DNA from: Trichoplax adhaerens
Taxonomy: Eukaryota > Animalia > Placozoa
Direction of reading: 5' to 3'
Assembly: GCF_000150275.1 (NCBI RefSeq)
Contig: NW_002061100.1
Span: 1 to 8,779 of the forward strand
Length of the DNA: 8,779 nucleotides
In this document: positions 1 through 8,051 of the stretch, piece by piece
Layout: each line of letters starts with the position of its first letter
Numbering within the stretch: the first letter of the stretch is position 1
The notes under the pieces: generated by a model
What the model was told of the DNA's origin: nothing
Database searches by the model: none
The model's input: the letters and a program-made list of their open reading frames with translations, nothing else
Made by a program: the position numbers and the translations under genes

Positions 1-1502
1 ATGGGATATTAATGATTCTTAAAAATCTAAGTATTCAAACTTAATTGAATGATGGATTTGTCTCCTTCAAAAGCTTATCGAATGGCGTTGATATTCTCTA
101 TTTTAAATATGAATACGCTCTACACTACTTTTCTGTTCGTTATTCTCAGTACTAGAATTATACTCTATTAATAGCTGACATGGTAAACTACAGGATTATG
201 CGCATCACTATTGCTAAATTTTTTTCATGACTACCAATCATGCATAATAGTTCTACCGTCATAAATAATTGTTATTAATATACCAGCGTTATCTAAATAA
301 TTGGATTGAATTCATCTACTATTGGCTAGCCAATATTTGATATCGTTTTTGACATGGCATAGGATATGCAGCTTTTCTAAGGAAATTTGAGTCGGTAGCA
401 GAATATTTAATCGGTATTTGCTGGTAGTATAATATTAAGAACTGGTTATTATTTCTAGAATATAGTACCAATAGAACTAGACTCACGTATTGATTCTACT
501 ATTTTGATTGTTGACTTGATAGTCTTTATAATAATATAGCAAATCAGCCATCCCTTCGATTGGTATTAGTATAAGTCCATTGTACTGGGAATAGAATATA
601 GAAAAAACAGGAAATAACTGTTTAATATTAATGGATAACAGTGAGATAAATAAACTGGATGAAAAGTTTAACCACAACGTCTGGCCTGCGCCCAAAAATG
701 ATTTTGTAACCCTCTTACAGTTTCATTAAACGCTTGTTTCAGATATTGCAGTTGATGAACCCTTACTAATAAATTTTTGATTGAATTCAGATTTAAGATT
801 TATGGTTAAAATTAATTTCAACTTTTAAGAATTTAGTATCGCTTAGCGATCCTATTAATTCTTGCAGCTGCAAGACAATTTCTATATAGCCTTCAATTAT
901 ACTGTATATCAAGAAAGTGAGAATCTATTACTTGATTTTAGATAATTTTATAGTTTGTATGTTAGCTGAATCATTCTCTTGTCAAATGGAAAAATTAAAT
1001 ATTTCAGTAGATGTACCGATTTATTGCCCACATTACTGTACTTACTAGCAAATTTAAATCGTGATCTTTGAAACATGGATAATGCAGATTATGTCGTAAA
1101 TGAGATCTTGATCCTGAAACAGTTTAATTTTTCTAACGCTAATATTTGTTTATCAACTTTGATATTGCTTCAGTTTTTTTCTCATTTTCGACAGCGGACT
1201 TATAATAGTTTTAATGTAGTACGGTAATATTGGATTTATGTAGTTTAAGACTATGATTGAATGATAACTATATACTTTATAACTGTCGATAAAGTGTTGG
1301 AGTTATTTACAAGGAATTATCATAAAAACGAAAATTTTTATAGAATCCTTTAATACTAAAAGCACGCAGAAGTTGAGATTTTGTCATAAGAAATTCTGCA
1401 ACTGATCGGCAGAATCGTATGATCAAAAATGGCTGCTAGACGCTAATTTGCATGTCCTTTGTAGTTTTATGTAAATACTTATGTTAATAGTTTGACATCA
1501 TG

Positions 1503-1703
1503 NNNNNNNNNNNNNNNNNNNNNNNNNNNNNNNNNNNNNNNNNNNNNNNNNNNNNNNNNNNNNNNNNNNNNNNNNNNNNNNNNNNNNNNNNNNNNNNNNN
1601 NNNNNNNNNNNNNNNNNNNNNNNNNNNNNNNNNNNNNNNNNNNNNNNNNNNNNNNNNNNNNNNNNNNNNNNNNNNNNNNNNNNNNNNNNNNNNNNNNNNN
1701 NNN
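1503..1703. other. Assembly gap (201 N)
   Basis: Run of N. Confidence 1.
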
Positions 1704-2166
1704 TATGTTATCGTTATAAATTAGTTACTAGTACAAGGCTTCTACTTGAATAGTAATAGGGTTGCAGGATGTTTACGTCGATGTAACGATTCAGTTAGGG
1801 CCAATATTTACAATTATTTCATAATATTCTCCTGCAAGCAACATTCTCTAAAGAACTTTAGTAAGAAAGAATATTGACGCTACTAAGCTGTTCGACGGCA
1901 TTATACCCTAAAATTAAAGCATTATAATAGCCTAAAGTAAGTGGATGAGTAAAATAAAAAGCGTAATTTTTTACATCAGCTTATATAGTAAAAGACATGA
2001 GGTTAATTAAAATGAACATCTGCAAGTTCTTAATACAGGATTGAGTGAAATAAGCTGTTTAAATACCTATATACATGTTTCCTATAAAATTTATAAATAA
2101 GTAGATATGCGTAAGCGTAACAGATTTTTCGAAATGTAGTCATATCCTGCTATTTCATTTTCTTGT

Positions 2167-2893
2167 AGCACGGGAGTATCAATACGTTCAAATATTTGAA
2201 AAATTATCAAAGAGTAATAGGTTATTTCGATATCAGCACAAATCGACTTGTATGTGATAGAGATGGTCTATAAGCCTTTATATAAATTTTCACTATAAAA
2301 TACTATAAATGCTTCACAAAACGTATCATATACATAGTCATTTATAATTTAAGAAATCTTGACAGAAGACAATTAAAATGTACTAATGTTAGTAAAAATT
2401 CGTGATTGCATATCCACCACAAATTATATTTTAGGATAATGCTATCCTGATATCTTAATAAAAAAATTACAGGACTTAGCAAGATATTGCAATTTCATGG
2501 ACGAATATTAAATACAGCACACTATTACATTTAAAAAGGAGATATTTGGAGCCACACTGGACTCTTAACCAGTCCAGTTTTCTTGGAAATAGATATCTGT
2601 ACATATTTCTTATGACTACAATAGATAATTAATTGATTTAACTTACTTTAGGGAGCAATAATATCGTATCCACTGACGTATTGATATTTAAATTAATCTT
2701 TTAACTGTAGCAACAAGCAAAATTAAGGATAATCTAACTTATTTTACGCGGGTTAAAAGGAAATCGATCAAATGCGTGAACTCATAAATGTATTGCTATG
2801 TTCTATAGACAAAAATAAACGTATTTTTTTTAATTTAAAATAGCCCACATCCTGCTTTTCAGGCAAATCAAAAATAGGCTTAGTACGGTTGTT
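2167..2893 (+). repeat. 727-bp direct repeat, copy 1
   Basis: Matches 8052-8778 at a constant offset of 5885; no mismatch found on line-by-line reading. Confidence 0.95.
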
Positions 2894-4281
2894 ATAAAAT
2901 CAGTAGGTGGCTGATTCTCAATAACTACATCGAAGGTAATTGTAGTAATTTATTAGCATATACTAACTTTGTACTAAAATCAAGATCAATATTCAACAGT
3001 AGGATAAATTACAACTACATTTAGATACCACTTTTCAACAAAATAGTTTTTATTTCTGCTATGCGCGTACGTAAAAATTATACTTAGTACAGCAATTTTT
3101 ATTTCATAACTGTATAGCTAAGGCCTAAAATCGTTTTAATATCATTAATTGCGGTCTAATTATGTGTACAATATGATAATTCTTGTTTATTATAAGATTA
3201 GATACTTCGCTCTTTTTCAAAATTTATCTTAGATCCACAAGTGTGTAGCCATCTTTTATCGTTCTATATGTTATTAGATCAACTTGACTGCATTCTAAAT
3301 TTATGTACCATCTACTATCGCATTAATATTGCTATTAATCTATAAATTGTAGCTACGAGTAAAATATAGGACAAATCTAGCTAAATTTATGTAAATAAGA
3401 AACGAATTCAATTTATTAAGTGAGCTCATAAATGCGTTGCTGTTGTCTATGGACACAAATACACGTTGTTTATTTAATTTAAAATAAAGTATATCTTCTT
3501 GTCACAAAACAGCTTTGCAACAAGATAACGTAATATACGATCAATAAGTCAATTCCTTGAACCACGTATCAAGGAACGATATCTGCACTATCACAAACAC
3601 TTTTGCTCTACTAGCAGACTACACAAAGACTTAAACGCCTCGTATTTTACGTTAAACACTAAGTTAGAGAAATTCTTTTTATTTCACGATATACTGCATT
3701 TATATACTACTCCTCAATAGTTCATGAGTCATAGTTAATACAATTAACCTCGGAATCATTTACTGAATTAGATATTAAGTTTAGCTACTGCTCCCTTAAT
3801 GCAGACAACAGTATTTACGAATATAGACATGTAATGACTAATACAGAATAGCCAGATTACGATATGTCCTATCACGGAACATTTCCATGATAATTTACAG
3901 TCTACCATAAGTAAATTACAATCACAATGATTCGAACTGTAAGTAGATGATTTGCATTCCCTATTATAACTATTAATTTCAGTATGTGTATAAGTGTCAC
4001 TGTCATAAAAAGTCAGTGCTATATTAAAACACAGTATATCCAAATTAGAAGTTAACTAAATAAGGATAGTCTAATAGAATTATCCTAACATAGATATTTC
4101 AACTGTAATACAGTATATAACACTGTAACACTTCTTTTCTGCTAAAATAAAATAAACTTAATGGGATGATTTTAAATCATGACATGACTGATTCACTTGC
4201 TACATCGAAGGTAATGCTATTAATTTATTAAGATGTGCTAAATGTACACTTAAATTCGAGATCAATTTCAATGTAGGGTTA
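2660..4281 (-). pseudogene. Old diverged tandem duplication (copy A ~2660-3010; copy B ~3302-3499 + 4136-4281), probably a decayed coding module, tentatively F5/8 type C (discoidin)-like
   Basis: DNA similarity is clear, e.g. gtgaactcataaatgtattgc vs gtgagctcataaatgcgttgc, and ctacatcgaaggtaat in both copies. Minus-strand translations align with several conservative changes: YFKLKKIRLFLSIEHSNTFMSS vs YFKLNKQRVFVSIDNSNAFMSS. Both copies carry stops and copy A carries frameshifts. The repeat is well supported; coding origin and domain identity are inference. Confidence 0.4.
3500..4130 (-). mobile_element. Solo LTR of an LTR retrotransposon (631 bp)
   Basis: Termini TGTCACA...TGTAACA (TG..CA, 6/7 inverted match) and a perfect 5-bp TSD CTTCT at 3495-3499 and 4131-4135. 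Excision restores colinearity with the paralogous segment near 2836-2885. Minus-strand TATATAAA (3706-3699) and AATAAA (3683-3678) suggest the orientation. Confidence 0.75.
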
Positions 4282-5202
4282 TGTAATGAAATGAAAAGTG
4301 TAGAGATCAAGCTACAAAACTTTAACAAACTTTGATTCTACTTTCGTTGCACTCCGGTCGACTTAACGCTAATACTTTGACACCAAATATAATTTGGGGA
4401 AATAACCGAACAACAATTTATTACAAAACAAAAATGGAGACTAGTATAAACCGAACAACCTTACAAATACTTAGCTTTAAGTATTAATAAAATAAGTGAC
4501 AGACTTAAAAACTGTCAACGACCAAACAACCTTTCAAAAAGAAGAACGTTTTAACTTACGACAATTCGACCACGAAGGCCTTTTAAATTCAACAAGTTCT
4601 TCAAGTCTTCTTCTACTCTCCCTCTAAATTTTCTAATTGCACTATCATTTATAGGCTTCGTAGAGCCGTCAGAGGTATTTAAAACTAAACATTTGCTAAC
4701 CAATCGCTCTTAAGATCCGTTTTAGAAAACTACTTTGCAACATTTAAGAAAACAAAAATCATTCAAAGTTCAGACACAATTTACCCTACGATTCCGTTAC
4801 AAAACACTATAAAACTAACCCACAAGCTAACTATAAAAATACATCAAACTTCACTTCTAACATAATTTCTATCATTAATACACTATAAAAGTCTAAAAAT
4901 TAACCTTTAAACATCAAGATTTAGTCATAAAAACAACATTCTAACTACCTAACAATCAACACAACCTCTGCCAATTTCCATCTTATTTTCTATTTTCCTC
5001 ACTAAATTCTCCTAATGTGACTTCAAGTCACGTCATAAAATTCCAAAGTTTCAAATTCATAACAAAAAGTCCAAATTTCAAAAATCAACTCTTACGATAT
5101 TTTTCATGAACAAAAATCCAAAAATTAAAACAGAAAAATTATATCGGACATAAATCCGACCGGAATCCGAATCCGAAAAATCCGGATTTTATAAAGATTA
5201 CA
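4282..5202 (-). mobile_element. Probable solo LTR (921 bp), different family from 3500-4130
   Basis: Perfect inverted termini TGTAAT...ATTACA, with 4-bp flanks GTTA (4278-4281) and GTAA (5203-5206) that match 3/4 as a TSD. Clear homology to the ~2925-3010 paralog breaks off at the left terminus. Minus-strand CTATAAAT (4654-4647) and AATAAA (4422-4417) are in U3-R-U5 order. It also shows strong A/C plus-strand skew and internal short repeats. Confidence 0.65.
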
Positions 5203-5571
5203 GTAATCGCTATTTCGCTAATCAAAAAAATTTTATATGACTATCACGACTACTTTTCTGACATTAGTATCACTGAGTATTGACAGTTGATGTTTTAGCG
5301 TCAGGTTGTACGGTGACTGTACGATTATAGACTACATTACAGTACTTTACCGTTATGTCATAAATCCCCTTTCTCTCAGGATAGGGTTTTGTTACTAAGT
5401 CAAATTAAGTTACAATTTGAATAGACGATCAAACGCCCTTTCTTTAGATTAGGCATTTGCTCTAGGGCTACTTCTATAGTAATCTATGTAATACCTTGTA
5501 AAATAATGAAGAAGAAAAGATGGCGACATGATGATTTGGCAGGGTAAAACTTACAGACACTATCACTTTCT

Positions 5572-5596
5572 AGTACAGTACAGTACAGTACTGTAC
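5572..5596 (+). repeat. (AGTAC)4 microsatellite plus one TGTAC variant
   Basis: agtacagtacagtacagtactgtac read directly. Confidence 0.9.
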
Positions 5597-5607
5597 ACAG
5601 TACACGA

Positions 5608-5668
5608 TATAAAGTTACTGAACCTCTGACAGGTCTACACGGTACGGTATAAAGTTACTGAACCTCTG
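5608..5668 (+). repeat. Two-copy direct repeat with an exact 21-bp core TATAAAGTTACTGAACCTCTG, period 40 bp
   Basis: Copies at 5608-5628 and 5648-5668, each preceded by similar tacac(a/g)gtac sequence. Confidence 0.9.
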
Positions 5669-5857
5669 TTAAATGAGCACATTATCGTAAACCGTCAGTA
5701 AAGCGACGGGAGTTTGCACTAGTAATATCTGATTCTTAATAGAAATTATGCTACGGATTATCTTAGCTTCTAACCCGAATAAAGCAGTCGGGTTTACAAT
5801 ATACTAAGATACCAAGTAAAATCTACCATTATAATCAACCAAATAAGCTATATTTTT

Positions 5858-5916
5858 TAAGCTAGAATACTTATCACGATACAAAAACTAAGCTAGAATA
5901 ATTACGATACAAGAAC
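5858..5916 (+). repeat. Imperfect tandem duplication (~30-bp unit)
   Basis: taagctagaatacttatcacgatacaaaaac (5858-5888) and taagctagaataattacgatacaagaac (5889-5916). Confidence 0.8.
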
Positions 5917-6083
5917 TTGAGGGAAAATTCTAAAAATTAATTTTCATTACACCAGAGTCTAAATTGATGGATTGATGTTACTAAATCGTTTAAAATGCCA
6001 ACTGGATTTACATAACCGTTACTTGTTCGATTTAGAAAATTTTTTTTCGGGAATTTATCTAAAATTGATCAACTTACAGAGTT

Positions 6084-6737
6084 TTAGCAAAAGAGATTAG
6101 ATGGCCTTAAAGCATTTTTACAATTGTAAGGAGCTTTCTTCAGGCACAGAACGAAAGCTTTATCGCATTCACAGTTGGCTTGATCGCAAGGATCAGCGGA
6201 GGGCTCTATTTAATCATAAAAAAATGATGATTTTACGAAAATATTAATCAAGGCTGTAGTACAGCATCTAGATACAGCAACGGATTCATAGCTGGCCGGC
6301 GTTATATAATTTTAATAATTATCTAGTTAAGAAAGTATTTAATTGAATAGAAAACGACTCAAGGCGCAGAATAGTTATAAAGATTTAGTTAAAAATTTAA
6401 TTTAATCCTGACACTTACTGCAAATAATTTCATTGTTCTGAAATTTCCACGAATAGAAGTTAAATTTTCCCTCGTATAAACCCTTGCAATTTGTATTTTG
6501 GTAGCAATTATCGTGATTCATACAACAGATATCAGTTTCATCAACAGGTATAGTACCTCTGGAACCCAAACCACAATAATTGCCATATCGTAGATAAGCT
6601 ATAGGATTACGGTCGATATTTCCAAAATCCATCATATTGTATGAGTTGACAACGTTTTTTTCAATGCGTTTTGGTTTGCATTGGCATTCGACAATCAATG
6701 TTATAAGAAGGATAGCAACAGTCTTGGTAATCATCAT
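6084..6737 (-). CDS. Secreted phospholipase A2 (group I/II/V/X-like fold, invertebrate Asn27 type); two exons, join(6084..6205,6419..6737), 146-aa precursor
   Basis: Exon 1 (106 codons + 1 nt) has a hydrophobic signal peptide [20 protein letters not shown], a Ca2+-loop YGNYCGLG and the catalytic motif [11 protein letters not shown]. It ends at A|GTAAGT (donor at 6418). Exon 2 follows a T-rich tract and TAG acceptor (AG at 6207-6206). It reads in frame (K)[42 protein letters not shown] and supplies the CECD (Asp99) helix that the ORF track lacks. Confidence 0.95.
6206..6418 (-). other. Phase-1 GT-AG spliceosomal intron (213 nt) of the sPLA2 gene
   Basis: Minus-strand donor GTAAGT at 6418-6413 and acceptor ...TTTTTTATGATTAAATAG ending at 6206. 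Splicing gives an AAG (Lys) codon and restores the conserved PLA2 C-terminal helix. The alternative AG 2 nt downstream gives a stop within 4 codons. Confidence 0.9.
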
Positions 6738-6903
6738 TCAATCTTCTGAGCAGATTTATTTTGATAAAGTTAATCGATGCAACTTTTACAACGTCTGGTA
6801 GCTAATAATAAACGATATTGATAAATCTCAAACTTAATGGATTAAACCTAAATGGAGTCAATTTTAGTAGAGTTTATCGTGATAGAATAAACGCAGAAAT
6901 GGA

Positions 6904-6950
6904 TTTTATATTACCGCTTTATATGATAATGCATAAAATTTGCCACGTCA
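6904..6950 (-). promoter_or_regulatory. Putative sPLA2 proximal promoter: TGACGTGGCA (CREB3/XBP1-type bZIP site) followed by TATA-like boxes
   Basis: Minus-strand TGACGTGGCA at 6950-6941, TATAAA at 6923-6918 and TATAAAA at 6910-6904, about 170-210 nt upstream of the ATG in the correct orientation. Motif match only. Confidence 0.4.
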
Positions 6951-8001
6951 GCAGCTTGCATTTAGCTTTCAGTAGCCTACCTTAAGATAAACCGCTGTGA
7001 TATAGATAACTACAGCTTATTATATTCTTTTAAACAATTTTATGATTTCTTATTTTATTTATGCATTACGTCTAAGAAAGCTTAATGGTATAGAAATAGT
7101 TGCATGATTAGAAACAACTAAAGTACTAATGAACTATAGTAGTAGTCAATTGCTCATGTTAGCTGAGATTCGTATGGATAGAACTATCTATTTGGAAGTA
7201 ATCAAATTTGATATTTTCTAATATTCAACTGATAGTTTATCACAATATTAATAGTAAAGACGAGTACTATACTTATATTTTGTAGTATAATGAAATACGC
7301 ATAGTTTCTGAAACTTATTTCCTTTTCTATAATTAATAAATTGTTAAGAAAGTTTTCAAAGTTTCGACTATAATCTTTCGTTTTTAAGACGGAGGAGATT
7401 AACTGGAGATGGTTAAAAATTCAATAGAGTTAAAGTGTGTAGTTATTAAAATCTTCCGTTTGCCTTACTGAATGAGTATGTCACCTTTAGATGAGGAAAT
7501 AAACAATCTACTTCCAAGTAGAATTTAAGACTATATCGTATCGCTTCAATTCAATTGTTTAGTTGCAAAAGTTCAGGAGCAAGACATTATTAGGCCGTAA
7601 AGAGTAGAAGTTGATTAGTATAACAATGAAATATTAGAATATTTTCCTAACTGATATTTGAGCTACGCGTATAAGCGTGTATATAAATACTTTGAAATAG
7701 GTACCGAGTCATTTAATAAACATTCATGCAATAAGCGATGTTACATTTTAGATTTCAGATATTAGTATTTATAAACAGATTATATTTAAAGGATTCATTT
7801 TCTAGTATATCAAAACCTAAGATTTACTTTCAGAATGGACAGAGTTTAAAAGGGAAGGTAATTTTCTTCTTGAATTAAATCACTTATAATGTTCTCTCAA
7901 GAAAGAACAAGTTATTTCAAATTTTTATGTACTCGATTATATATACTGTGACAGAGCTCGCTCCGAAATGAATAATATTTTGATCTAATATATGTAATAA
8001 T

Positions 8002-8051
8002 NNNNNNNNNNNNNNNNNNNNNNNNNNNNNNNNNNNNNNNNNNNNNNNNNN
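8002..8051. other. Assembly gap (50 N)
   Basis: Run of N. Confidence 1.

Larger units (their letters stand above)
5483..5722 (+). mobile_element. Non-autonomous Helitron-like element (~240 bp)
   Basis: 3' end: GC-rich hairpin CCGTC-agtaaagc-GACGG (5692-5709), a 9-nt spacer, CTAG (5719-5722), then T. Candidate 5' end A|TCTATGTAATA at 5482/5483. No TSD. It contains a microsatellite and a 40-bp-period repeat. The 5' boundary is less certain than the 3'. Confidence 0.55.

Noticed and set aside
483-695. 70-aa ORF as a stand-alone gene
   Set aside because: TTG start and an in-frame stop shortly upstream; at best a pseudogene fragment (see findings).
1492-1724. Two plus-strand ORFs (75 and 74 aa) in the ORF track
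   Set aside because: Almost entirely N-gap; artefacts.
2556-2578. Hairpin ACTGGACT-7nt-AGTCCAGT followed by TTT, resembling an intrinsic terminator
   Set aside because: Eukaryotic DNA with no upstream gene; a single 8-bp stem is plausible by chance.
3768-4043. 91-aa minus-strand ORF
   Set aside because: Lies wholly inside the solo LTR, starts at a non-ATG (TTG) codon and has no recognisable motif.
3500-5202. The two LTR-like segments as the paired LTRs of one element
   Set aside because: They differ in length and sequence, each has its own TSD-like flanks, and the spacer is host repeat sequence with no PBS or PPT.
5608-5668. CRISPR-like repeat-spacer-repeat
   Set aside because: Only two copies, the spacer resembles the sequence before copy 1, there are no cas genes, and the context is eukaryotic.
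6402-6418. C-terminal SKCQD-stop of the 111-aa ORF as the true end of the PLA2
   Set aside because: It is read-through into the intron; the protein would lack Asp99, which exon 2 supplies.
7380-7620. Slightly more G-rich stretch that might be an exon
   Set aside because: The plus-strand frames I translated contain stops and no recognisable motif, and the ORF track lists nothing here on either strand.
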